A stretch of DNA of 64,000 bases, taken from contig NW_024704743.1 of the NCBI RefSeq assembly GCF_018977255.1, positions 109,556,001 through 109,620,000 on the forward strand, given 5' to 3'. Below are positions 1 through 11,124 of this stretch, piece by piece. The stretch comes from Callorhinchus milii (lineage: Eukaryota). Position 1 is the first letter of the stretch. Every line of letters begins with the position of its first letter. Made by a program: the position numbers and the translations under genes. The notes below the pieces were generated by a model. It saw only the letters and a program-made list of their open reading frames with translations. It did no database searches and was not told where the DNA came from.

Positions 1-689
1 CTGAAATGAATGTTGCTGTGCAGACAAACATGGTTGTTAATCGATACCAGGAACGTCCAACAAAGAACAAGGAGACAAATTACAGACACTTTCCACACTG
101 AGATGACCAATCCCTAAAACTATACAATATTCATACAATATTTATAATTTACTTTTCCATTTCACATTTTTTGCATTTGTAATGCTGAAGAATTAAGCTT
201 CTTCTATTTTTCCTTCAAGTTTCTGTATTCTGCGTGAGTTCTGTCCTCATTAGACAATCAGTTGTCTACAGTGTGCTGAGAAACTCATTGAAATACAGGC
301 ATATCAATCAGAGATTTACATATATATTCCCATTCAATGATGAATGTTTCTTTTTGGCCATTCACTGCACTTCTCACAGAAAATGTTTTAGCATCTCACC
401 AGACAGTGTCCTCTTTCTTTCAAAAGCAATATTGCCAGACACGAGTCAGCATGGAACACAAAATCAAATGCTGCCTCTGTGAATATTTTATAAAAGAGTC
501 ACCTTCACTGGGGATTAGGTCAACATCTCTGTGTAAAGTTCATATAACAATACACAAAGGATGTGCAGCAAGATCTGATAAGAAACAGGGGGCAGCCTTG
601 TTTGGTGCATTGAAGCTGAAATCCCTGTGTTTGATATTACGCTTTATCACATTCAAATGGCTCAAAGTTTTTCATAAAGTGTAGGACTG

Positions 690-925
690 TGTATTTTGAG
701 GATGAACGCAACAGCCAATTTGTGCACAGCAGAGTCCCACAAACAGCCATGAAGTGAATGGCCATTTTTTGTAGGGGAGTTGGGGAGGGGGTGTGTTGTG
801 GGGGCAGGGGGGCATTGAGGGAGAATACACTGGGAGAAACTCCCTAATCTTTTCAAAAAGTGTCTCAGTATCTTTTGATGTCCATCTGTACAGGATGACG
901 GGACCTTGGATTTAACATTCCAAGC
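690..925 (-). mobile_element. Deu-domain SINE fragment (old family)
   Basis: Matches the family consensus seen throughout the window (GCCAATTTGTGCACAGCA..CCCACAAACAGCCATGAAGTGAATG..GGAGAAACTCCC..CCTTGGATTTAACAT). Confidence 0.75.
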
Positions 926-1051
926 CGGCAAATAAATTGTTTCATAGTAAATTCTGTGAAGCGCTTTGAGACATCTTCCTGACATTAAAGGGCGCTACAC
1001 CAAATCACCAAATGTAAGGATTAGCTGTATTACCTCTCCACTAACAAGTTT

Positions 1052-1135
1052 TGTGGTCAGTTTGGTGTCTGACAGATGCCGAAACCCATCACAATGAAGA
1101 ATATCCAAACCAGACTGAGAGTTCCAACACCGATG
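1052..1135 (+). repeat. Unclassified old dispersed repeat (core CCAAACCAGACTGAGAGTTCC), copy 1
   Basis: GGTCAG..TCTGACA..ATCCAAACCAGACTGAGAGTTCC recurs at ~5309, 21809, 32115(-), 38730 and 60250(-). Confidence 0.6.
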
Positions 1136-1970
1136 TGTAGTTTTTCATAACATGAGCTGTTTGTTACTTAACACAAGGATGGGTGAAGGTTACACCGCAA
1201 ACTTCATATATAACTTTACACTTGCATATAGTCTCTGCTCACTCCTGTGGGCCGCCATTCTGAAAATTCCTGCTAGCTCCTTCACTGATCTTCATTAATG
1301 AGTCAGACCAGCAGAAATAAAATGCAGCAAACCAATTATTTTTAGTTTTAGTTGGATTTCCTGATATGCGGTGCTGAAATGTCTCGTTAAGGTCCCAGCA
1401 ACAGAATTTTAAATCGGTAAAGAATAATGTAATAATCATAGCATTTGATATGGCGCCTTCTAGTGTCGTCGGAAAATATCTCAAAATACTTCACAGGATT
1501 TTCACTGTATATTTTGTAGGTGAACTCGGTTTCACATCTCATCCACAGGACATCAGAATCTGTTGGACTGTACGATTGTGCCAAGTTACTGCCGGGGCAG
1601 AGGGTGAAGGATGATGGTTGAGAGTTGGGAGGAGAGGAAGAGAATTCCATTTACAAAAAAGTACCAAATATCATCGGCAAATTCTCATGTAATCACATGT
1701 GAATAATGCTTGGACAATGTAGCATCCGCTCAGCATTCAATGAGCTCAAATCCCAACATGGCGCTTGATCCCAATTGAGGTGGACTGATTAACATCTAGT
1801 CGATGAGAGATGAAGAGCAAGGAGGAGGAAGAGGCGGAGAGATGGTAATTGAATTATTAAATTGCGGACTATTTTGCTTGCAGGGAACATAAATTCTCAA
1901 GATAGAAAGCACAATGAAGCATGGACCAATTTACAAGGAAATAAATATACATTTTGCCCTATTCTGAGTC

Positions 1971-2296
1971 ATAATAATAATAATAATTCTTGCACTTGAT
2001 ATAGCGCTTTTCACGTCTTCTAGACGTCCCAAAGCGCTTCACAGAATATACTGTAAAGTGAATTGACTGTATATTTGTGGGCGAACGCGGCAGCCAATTG
2101 CGCACAGCAACATCCCACAAACAGTTATGGATTGAAAATGACCAATTTATTATTGTTTTTGATTTTTTTGGAGGGATTATTATTAGGCTCTGTGTGGAGT
2201 AAGGAAACTTGCCCAAGGTTTCGCCCTGTCTGGAATTGAACTCAGGTCTCTCGCTTGCAAAGCGAGTGCTCTAACCACTGAGCTACAGGACTCCAC
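1971..2296 (-). mobile_element. Young tRNA-derived SINE, short (internally deleted) form, full length
   Basis: Minus strand starts GTGGAGTCCTGTAGCTCAGTGGTTAGAGC (A box), then CTCGC-TTTGCAA-GCGAG anticodon-like arm, GAGTTCAATTCC (B box), L2-like tail and (ATT)n. Near-identical to 47297-47610 and 55261-55578. Confidence 0.92.
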
Positions 2297-2664
2297 ATGG
2301 AGGCTATTGCGATGGTTCTAATTCAAGATATTGTTCATCAGGTACAGAATCAGTAATTCACTCTATTCCTCTCCATTATTTGCTTGACACTTGGGGCCAG
2401 ACCAAAGTAGGCCAGGGAACATTAATATTCTCAGCTGATTCCTTGCTTCGCAGCTGTTCACGCAATGAAAGCCGAGATATCAGACAAATTAGTTCATTAA
2501 AATATAATTGTTGTAGAAGAATCCATAAGCTCATTGGATTGATTTCCATGATAACACTGTTAAATCAATTGTAAAAACGTTCGAACAGCACTGAACGTAC
2601 GGTTATCATAGACATTGCTCTCTCTGCCCCATGTAAATTTGACACCAGAAAAAGAGACTTTGGA

Positions 2665-2955
2665 ATAATAATCCTTGTATTTGCATTTGCATTTGATATA
2701 GCATCTCAGCACATTGTCAAGACATCTCAAAGTGTTTCACAGGATATACTGTAAAGTGGATTGACTGTGTAGTGTGTGGGCGGCAACCAGATTGTGCACA
2801 ACAATGTGTAGCCATGGAGGGGATTACCAATTTTATTTTATTTGATGGCCAGGATATTGTGAGAAACTCCCTTCTCTTTTAGAATCGTGCCATGGGATCT
2901 TTAATATCCACTTGAACAGGCAGACAGGACCTTGGTTTAACGTATCACCTGACGG
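2665..2955 (-). mobile_element. Deu-domain SINE, 5'-truncated
   Basis: AATAATAATCCTTG tail through GCCATGGGATCTTTAATATCCACTTGAACAGGCAGACAGGACCTTGGTTTAAC (reverse-complement Deu-type core). Confidence 0.8.
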
Positions 2956-3364
2956 AATGAACACTTTGTTTGCAGGGTTGAAACAAAATGTCCTGATGTG
3001 ATTTTCTATTGTGCTGTCCAAACCAAATGTTATTTCTGCTACATCTCAGAATTAGTATAACCCAGCAAACCAAAACTCCAACTGCTAGAGTAATCCTAAC
3101 TGGACAAGCAGGCAGTGAAGAGGAGTAACATCTTGCTAATGGCTTTAACTGGTTAAACTCCACACGTCACACCGACGTGAGGAAATTCCCTAGTGTTTGC
3201 GTTGGGAGTGGTGCCCCCATGAGTCTCGGGGGTCACTCTGTGACTAAGCAGTAGGAGGCACACAAGAGCCATCTTACTATCAAATCCTTGCACAGCAACA
3301 ACAACATAAGCAGGAATGTAGAACCACAGAACAATACATTGCTCCTCACACCAGGATTACATCT

Positions 3365-4680
3365 CGAGGTCTGCCTGTTCAGGTAGATGTTTAAGATCCT
3401 ACGGCATTACTTAAAAAGAAAATGATTTAACTCTTGGGTTGCCATATGCTGGGTTGAAAGTCTGACTTGTAATGTGATGGTTAACACATGGTTTAAAAGA
3501 AATGCAGACAAAACTAGTTGTGAGTTATCCCCAGCAAGGGAGTTTCTCCCGATACCCTGGCCAACAATCCCCCAGATAATTGATAATTCGCTTCATTACT
3601 GTTTGAGGGACATTGGTTTGCATCCTTCAGGGCTCTGTCCTTAGTCCTCTCCTCTTCAACATCTACATGTTCCCTCTTGGTGACATCATCCGCAACGTCC
3701 CCATGTACGCGGATGACACCCAACTGTACCTCTCCATCTCCACCCTCGACCACTGCTGTCCTGAACGAATGTATGTCAGACATCAAGTCCTGGATGAGAG
3801 CTAACTTTCTCCAGGATTGAGGCCATTCTGATTGACTCAGCACCTCCACACCTCAGGCACTGGCAGCATCAACATCCATTAATACACATTCCACCCACTG
3901 AGCCAGTCTAGAACCTTGGCGTCTTGTTTGACCCTCAAAGTCCTTTCTGCCACACATCTATTGAAATGACCTGCTCTGCCTCCCCCAACCTCCGCAACGT
4001 TGCCCGGCATCACCACTGCTTCTACCCTCAGGCCGCCGAAACCCTCATTCATGTATTTACTACATCTAGGCTCGATTACACCAACTTCCTGCTTGTTGGC
4101 ATTCCCAACTCTTCCCTCCACAAGCTGCAGATCATTCAGAACTCTGCAGCTTGTGTTCTCTCCTGGACCAAGCTCTGTGACCCCATCGCCTCCACCCTCA
4201 CCCGGCTCCACTGGCTCCCCATCCCCCAGAGAATAGAGTTCAAAATCCTGTTCCACGTCCCTGCCTGGCCCGCCCCTTAATCTGTGTCAGGCCTTCAGCC
4301 TTTCTGCCCCCACCCTTTGGAACTCCATCCCACTGTCCCTTTGCCTTGCTCCCTCCCTTGCCTCCTTCAAGGCACGTCTCAACTCTCAAATCTTTGACCT
4401 GCGCCTTAGGCCACCCTCCTATCCCTACGCTCCCTGCCCTCCACTCCTCCTGATCCCAACCCCCCAGCTCGGGTCCAAATGCCTGACTATCCAGCCCCTT
4501 GGGATGTCCTCCCGACGGGAAAAGTGCTATAAAAATGTAATTTGTTGTTGGTGTTGCTATGTGCAGATTGACTGCCATGTTTGTCTGCAAAGTACACATT
4601 CACTACACTTTACAATAAACCCTGAGAAGGGCTTTGAGATGTCCTCATGACGAGAAAGACGCTATATACAAGAATTATTT
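3365..4680 (+). mobile_element. Deu-domain SINE split by an L2 insertion (SINE halves ~3365-3615 and 4557-4680)
   Basis: Left half ends GGGACATTG and right half resumes CTATGTGCAGATTGACTGCC; joined, they rebuild the consensus GGGACATTGCTGTGTGCAAATTGGCTGCC. Confidence 0.8.
3616..4556 (+). mobile_element. L2 LINE, 5'-truncated, degenerate
   Basis: Frameshifted RT remnants [18 protein letters not shown] and [20 protein letters not shown]; ends in hairpin tail plus (TTG)n. Confidence 0.92.
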
Positions 4681-5308
4681 AGTAATTTATTTATTATTGC
4701 AATAGATTTACAAACCATTTCTGATCATCTGCACCAATAGCCTTTATCAGAAAGGTCTACACTGTGTGAAGGGCACTGAATAAATGCAACCTGTTGCTGT
4801 CTAAACATAATTTCTTTCTGACTCACTTTCTGGCTGTTTGTAGGACATTTGCTATGCGTAAATTGGAGGCTGCATTTGACAACTCATGCACACTTTGCAG
4901 AAAAAAGTCTGTGACGCGCTTTGAGTTGCTTCAACGATAAGACGGGCAATATCAAATGCAAGGATTATTAAAAAACTGCCTGATTTAACTGCAGTTCTTC
5001 AGCGTGGTCTGTAGGGGGCAGCATTAGCTAAAATGTCTCTCTCCTTCACATGGCCTTTCTTGTTGAGATTTTATATATTTCTCAGTTAGTCCAATAAAAT
5101 GCAATTAAACACTGAGAGTGGAATAAGATCCCATCTGACCTTTTGTTTCTTTTGTGCTCATTTTTTTCAACACGGAAATAATGCATCTTGGGGTCATTAG
5201 AAAAAGATAATTCAAATGAGTGCTGAGCTCGACATTTGAACAATGTAATTGATTTTGCTTTGCTGTTTGTGGCATGTTAAAAGCAAGAAAAGTAAGTGGG
5301 TTGTTTGT

Positions 5309-5430
5309 TGGTCAGGTGGGTGTCTGACTCAAGCCAAGCCAGACTGAGAATTCCACATGTACATACCGCCTACACGTGCACATTTTCCTGTGCCTAGAAT
5401 GAAAGGGACGTACCCTGCTCACTAAATTAC
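5309..5430 (+). repeat. Unclassified old dispersed repeat, copy 2
   Basis: GGTCAGGTGGGTGTCTGAC..CCAGACTGAGAATTCCACAT..CCCTGCTCACTAAATT matches the 60250-60500 copy. Confidence 0.55.
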
Positions 5431-5741
5431 CACTGGCCACTTTTAATCAAATGCTCCGAAGTGCAAGCAACCATCCATTGCAACTAGTTTTATGAATAGA
5501 AAAAAATCTAGCCCTGAAAATCTAAAACAACAACTTGCACTTATATAGCGCCCTTCATGCTTTTGTAGCATCTCGGACCACTTAAATATGATGTTATTAG
5601 GTTTACTGTGAGGTTTGGCTCATTGCCAACACTGTACCTTATGAGTAAATAAGAGCATATTTCATTGACTGAATCTGTTTTAATTAGCCACGTTAAACTC
5701 TTTCTCAATTGGATTTTTAAGTATAAATGGAGGGATAAATG

Positions 5742-7665
5742 GCTGGACCTCCTCAAAATTTACCGCTCCACTCTAGCCTCGGCCAAGTCGTCCTTCTACT
5801 CCAGGATAATCCTGGAGGCGAAGAACAACCCCAGGCTACTGTTTTCCACCACATCCCGACTCCTCCGTCCCCCCCGCCACCCCGCGCAGGTCATCTCCTC
5901 CAACCTTCACTGCGAGGAGATGCTGGATTTCCTTGAATCCAAGATCAAGGGAATCCGCTCCGCGGTCACTTCCCCTCCAACTTCCACCCACCACCCACCC
6001 CTTCCCTCCCACACTCCGACTCCTACCCATCCTCCCCTACACACCTTCGTACCCGTTTCCCCACCCTCTGTCACTGAACTCATCCTATCCCTAAAACCAA
6101 CCACCTGCTCCCTTGACCCCATCCCCACTCCACTCCTTATCTCCCAGCTCCATTTTCTTGCCCCACACATCACTGACATCATAAACCTGTCCCTCTCCTC
6201 TGGCTCTGTCCCCATTCCATTAAAAACTGCCATCATCACGCCCACCCTGAAAAAACCCTCCCTTGATGCGTCGCAGCTATCAAGCTACCGGCCCATCTCC
6301 AACCTCCCCTTTCTCTCCAAGGTCTTGGAAAGAGTTGTCGCCTCCCAACTGCGCTCTTTCCTCTCCACCCATTCTCTTTTTGAACCCCTTCAGTCAGGTT
6401 TCCGTGCTGCTCATAGCACAGAAACTGCCCTGGTCAAGGTCACCAATGATATCCTGACCATCTGTGACCAGGGCTCCCTCTGTCTCCTCGTCCTCCTCGA
6501 CCTATCGGCAGCATTCGATACGGTCGACCACGCTATCCTACTCCACCGCTTGTCCTCCCACCTCAACCTTCAAGGCACTGTCCTTGAATGGTTTAGGTCG
6601 TACCTTTCTCACCGTCTTCACTTCGTCTCAACGAATGGCTTCTCCTCCACCCCCCGTACTGTCTCATGTGGTGTCCCTCAGGGCTCTGTCCTCGGTCCCC
6701 TCCTCTTCACCCTCTATATGCTCCCCCTTGGTGACATCATCCGCAAACATGGGGTTAACTTCCACATGTATGCGGATGACACCCAACTCTACCTTTCCTC
6801 CTCTACTCTCAACTCCACGACCACCGATGTCCTGACAGCCTGCCTGTCCGACATCGAGTCCTGGACGAGAGACAACTTTCTTCAGCTCAACGTGCAAAAA
6901 ACCGAGGCCCTCCTGATTGGCTCACGTCAGCGCCTCCGCACCTCAGGCGCTGACACCATCAGCATCCAAGGCTGCACTCTCCACCTCTCAAAGCCAGTCA
7001 GGAACCTCGGCGTTTTGTTCGACCCTGAGCTGTCCTTTCTCCCTCACATCCGCACCACAACTGGCACCGCCTTCCATCACCTCCGGAATATCGCCAGATT
7101 ACGGCACTACCTCACCCCTCACGCTGCTGAAACCCTGGTTCACGCCTTTGTCACCTCAAGGCTGGACTATGGGAACTCTCTCCTCGCCGGCCTTCCCGCC
7201 ACCTCCCTCCACAAGCTGCAGGTCATTCAGAACTCTGCAGCTCGTGTACTGTCCCGCACCAGGCTTCGGGACCACATCACTCCCACCCTCGCTCGCCTCC
7301 ACTGGCTCCCCATCCCCCAGAGGATTGATTTCAAGATCCTCATCCTCACCTACAAGGCCATTCACGGCCTTGCTCCCTCCTACCTCTCCAACCTACTATC
7401 CCCCTACCTACCTGCCCGTACCCTCCGTTCCTCTGGCTCCGGTCTGCTCCACGTCCCCCGCCCCAACCGCCCTACTATCGGTGGTCGGGCCTTCAGCCTC
7501 TCAGCCCCGAGGCTCTGGAACTCCATCCCCCAGTGCCTTCGCCTTGCTTCCTCCCTTTCCTCCTTCAAGGCCGGTCTCAAAACCTTTCTCTTTGACCGTG
7601 CCTTCAGCTCCCCTCTCGACTCTCTTCCTCCTCCTCGCTCCCTCCCTTCCCTCCCCTCACCCTGA
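5742..7665 (+). CDS. L2 ORF2 reverse transcriptase, C-terminal ~640 aa (endonuclease domain lost by truncation)
   Basis: Non-LTR RT motifs [68 protein letters not shown]. No stop or frameshift; no native start codon. Confidence 0.9.
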
Positions 7666-7721
7666 CCATTTCCCCCTCCTCTCTCCCTCCCTTCCCTCCC
7701 CTCACCCTGACCATTTCCCCC
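7632..7721 (+). repeat. 45-bp tandem duplication spanning the L2 ORF2 stop codon
   Basis: CTCCCTCCCTTCCCTCCCCTCACCCTGACCATTTCCCCC occurs twice (TGA at 7663 and 7708). Confidence 0.9.
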
Positions 7722-7820
7722 CTGCTCGGGTCATGACCCAACTGTGCAGCGCCTTGGGACGTCCTCCTGACGTGAAAGGCGCTCTATAAATGGAATCTTG
7801 TTGTTGTTGTTGTTGTTGTT

Positions 7821-8105
7821 CCACAAACAGCCTTCAAGTGAATTACCTATTTTATCTAGGAAATTATTGGCCGGGACACTGGGAGAAACTCCCTACTCTT
7901 TTGAAATGGTGCCATGGGATCTTTAATGTCTTGCTGAACAGGCAGACAGGACCTAGGCTTAACTTCTCATCCAAAGGACGGCGATTCCATTAATGAAGTA
8001 CACCTCCAACGCTGCATTGCTACGCTCAGTCTCAACGTGGGGGCTTGAACCCACAACCTTCTGTTTGACAGGTGAGAGTGCTACCAACTGAACCAGACTG
8101 ACACC
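7821..8105 (-). mobile_element. Deu-domain SINE, 5' two-thirds with tRNA-like head
   Basis: Minus strand GTGTCAGTCTGGTTCAGTTGGTAGCAC (A box), GGTTCAAGCCC (B box), then GGATGAGAAGTTAAG..AAAGATCCCATGGCAC core. Confidence 0.85.
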
Positions 8106-8268
8106 TGCAGGTTACGATAATTATAACTTATTTTCATATAAAACATGTTTAATTCCCCAGAGGACCAAACACCACGTCTTATAAATACAGCAGCTGAAAA
8201 TTAAATTAAAATTGAAACCTTTAAAGAAACAGCAGATATAAGAGAGCATAATCTGCTTCAATTCTCTG

Positions 8269-8389
8269 AGGGGCAATTTTACAACAGGTTAAGGATATGG
8301 CAGCATTAAATAGTAAATAAAATTAAGAACAAGCTGCGTAAATCTTACGTCTGATTACTCAACCTGACAGCTGTTACAAAATAGCTCCC
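8269..8389. mobile_element. Possible MITE relic with imperfect terminal inverted repeats
   Basis: GGGGCAATTTTACAACAG at left versus CTGTTACAAAATAGCTCCC at right (reverse complement GGGAGCTATTTTGTAACAG). Confidence 0.3.
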
Positions 8390-8732
8390 AGTTTTTTTCA
8401 GAACTTTGATGCAAGCAATGAAATCCATTGTGAGTTTGTTGATTTAATACTGTGAATATTTTCAGGCATTTGTAGCAAGTTGAAAGCAAATTATTTCATT
8501 TGTGGACTAAAGTATACTGACAGCCAGCTTACATTCAATCCTCAGGTGCAATCTTTGGCTTTCAGAAATGACGCTTGTCATATATTTGCAAAACACGCTG
8601 GCAATTTATTATGACACAAGATCAAAATGATGCAAAGTGTTTTCCAATAGATCCAAGGTTTGCTGTGAAGGAGATTAAGCATAAAAGGAGCTTTGCACAA
8701 TCGAAGTATAAAGCTGTCAGTTCATACTAGAT

Positions 8733-9110
8733 TAATAATAATAATCCTTGCATTTTCTGTAGCATTGAGATGTCTTGCAATATTTCATGGGGAATTGCTA
8801 TTAAGTGTAGTGACTGCATTATTGTGTAGGCGAATGTGGCACCATGGACCTGCAAACAGCCATGAGGTGAATGATCCATTTTGGGCGAGATTTTTGGCCA
8901 GGGCACAGGGAGAGACTGCCTTCTCTTTTCGAGAAGTGCTGGTGGATCTTTAACATGCACCCGAAGAACCTATAGATGGGATCTCACTTCAGCACCTCTG
9001 ACAAAGCAGACACCCTCCCACCCCCCCAGCTCTAAACTGGAACGTCAGCCTAGACTGTTATCTCAAGTCCTCACGTAAGCCTTGAACACACAATCTTGCA
9101 ACTGGCAGGC
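8733..9110 (-). mobile_element. Deu-domain SINE, near full length, diverged
   Basis: (AAT)n tail, conserved body and degenerate head (CTTGAACACACAATCTT). Confidence 0.75.
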
Positions 9111-9435
9111 TAGATATCTGTGGAGGACATCACAACCAAGTCCTGACCTCTTCCACACTGCTACATATGTACACAATCAGTAGAATGTTCTATAGAGGGA
9201 CCAGAAGTAGGAACCCTGGTTACTTTTATACCAAACTTTTCCATTTGAAAAAAGAAGCGAGTTTCTTCCTGTGTCGTGGCCAATAAACTTCTGCATAAAT
9301 TGCTTGCTCACCTCTGGCTGTTTGGGGGAAGCTGTTGTGTGCAAATTGACTGTCACATTTGCCAACCAATGCAGGTTACTACACTTAATAGCAATTTGAG
9401 ATGTTTAAAGGTTATAGGCACCTTATTAAATCACA

Positions 9436-9851
9436 AGATAATAATAATAATCCTTACATTCGATATAGCTCCTTATCACGTCTCAAAGCACTTCATAGAA
9501 TATACTGTAAAGTGAATTGACTGTATGTTTTGTGGGTAAAACGAGGTAGCCAATTAGAACATAAGAGCATAAGAATTAGGAGCAGAAGTAGGCCATTCGG
9601 CCCCTTGAACCTGCTCCGCAATTGTGCAAAGCATTGTTCCATAAACAGTCGTGGATTGAGTGAACAATTTTTTTGAAGGAATTATTACCCATGGAAAAGC
9701 AATCCGCCAATCGAGTTCCCATTTACTGCTAGGTAAGCAGAGGCTTGTGGAGTAAGGAAACTTGCTTAACGTTTCACCCTGCCTGGGAATCGAACCCAGA
9801 TCCTCTCGCTTGCGAGGCAAATGCTCTAACCACTGAGTAACAGGACTCCAC
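9436..9851 (-). mobile_element. tRNA-derived SINE, long form, interrupted by a CR1 3' fragment
   Basis: GTGGAGTCCTG head, GGTTCGATTCCC B box, and the CCTCTGCTTACCTAGCAGTAAATGGGAAC internal block that is absent from short copies. Confidence 0.88.
9556..9618 (-). mobile_element. CR1 extreme 3' end inserted into SINE
   Basis: AGAACATAAGAGCATAAGAATTAGGAGCAGAAGTAGGCCATTCGGCCC is a CR1-type tail; flanked by direct repeat CAATT (9551-9555 and 9619-9623). Confidence 0.75.
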
Positions 9852-9859
9852 AGATCGCA

Positions 9860-10745
9860 AGAACACTCACCAACCATCTTCCCATTCACAGCATCAAGCT
9901 GTTTTTTTTTAAATGAGCCCAATGTTCTGGACTCAACCATTATTCCTAGTAACCCTGTTCCAACCATCAATTACCCTTTGGATAAAGAAATACTTCCTGT
10001 TGTTTGTCCTGAAATTGTCCTTTGCTACCCTGAATTGTGTCCTCTTATTCTATTGTTGTGGTGTCTCTGAAAGAATTGTTATAATAAATAATAATCCTTC
10101 TATTCGATCACATCATCAAGGTGTCTCAAAGCGCTTCACAATACTGTAAAGTGGATTAGAAACATAGAAATCTACAGCGTAGAAGAAGACCATTCAGCCC
10201 ATCAAGCCTGCGCTGGCTCACAGAGCAAGGATATCGCTTCAATCCCAACGTCCTGCCATATCCCCATACCCCAAGCTCCTCTCTAAAAGACTGTGTATTT
10301 TATAGGTAAAACATGGCAGGTAGTTTGTGCACAACAACGTCAAATGTTTTGAGTTTACTTTCTCTTAAAATCTTATATATCTCAATAAAGTCATATTTGA
10401 GATATCACTTTTCAAGACTGAAGAGCCCTAGTTTGTATATTTGTTGTTCATAAGTCATTTCTCTAACAATGGGAATTATTTATATTGCTCTCCTCTGCAC
10501 TTGCTCTAGACTTATGATGCAGCTACCAGAAATATATACAATACTTTAATGCAGCAGCTTGAGTACAACATGGGGATCTGAACTCAATTTACCTGGCAAT
10601 ACAGTCCTATTTGCCTTGTTTACTGCTGCCTCACACTATCTTGACACGGTGAGCAATGAGTTAACTAACACTCCTAGGTCTCTTTCAGCTTCCTTTTTGG
10701 CACACTGCATTCCATACAGAGTACATGAGCCTCCTATTTACCTTC
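9860..10745 (-). mobile_element. Cluster of old CR1 3' fragments interleaved with a SINE tail
   Basis: AAGAAATACTTCCTGTTGTTTGTCCTGAAATT, AGAAACATAGAAATCTACAG..CCATTCAGCCCATC and CACTCCTAGGTCTCTTTC are degenerate CR1 3' segments. Confidence 0.55.
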
Positions 10746-11124
10746 TATATGAACTAGCTTGCTAAGGATTATTATTATGTATAAAAGTGTGCGTAGATAA
10801 CTGCTGGGCATTTAGAAAAGGTTATTTTGTTTATACCTTCCGATTTCATGTGTCAACGGTTAAGATTTTGTGCAATTTCAAGATGAACCTTAGTTAAATT
10901 GAACCTGAGAAGGGAATTGAGAACCCAATGGATTTCTCTTACAAAGTAGCTTTGAAAATGATTTGCACAAAACAAACACACACATTACAAATGAGTAAAC
11001 ATACAGGATGGAAATACCATTAAAAAAAGATGCCTAGGAATTCAGCTGGGTTTCCAGATGAAGAACAAAGATTAAAAATATCTCTTTTGCAGATGTTTGC
11101 TGAAAATAACATATCAATAAAGAA

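Larger units (their letters stand above)
5742..7820 (+). mobile_element. L2 LINE, young 5'-truncated copy (~2.1 kb)
   Basis: Abrupt switch from AT-rich flank to C-rich sequence at ~5742, uninterrupted ORF2 remnant, 3' hairpin at 7748-7783 and (TTG)n tail ending at 7820. Confidence 0.97.

Noticed and set aside
1959..2216. Repeated ORF family (..GKFPYSTQSLIIIPPK..; also 47307 and 55299)
   Set aside because: Translations of SINE copies, not a gene family.
5665..5741. N-terminal 26 aa of the 666-aa ORF as a host-L2 fusion gene
   Set aside because: Starts at TTG in AT-rich flank; chance read-through into the truncated L2 frame, with no promoter or splice support.
6917..7789. 290-aa alternative-frame ORF and other Pro/Ser-rich or antisense ORFs in L2 copies
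   Set aside because: By-products of the C-rich, stop-poor L2 composition.
7790..7993. Poly-cysteine ORF (MESCCCCCCC)
   Set aside because: Translation of the (TTG)n L2 tail plus SINE sequence.
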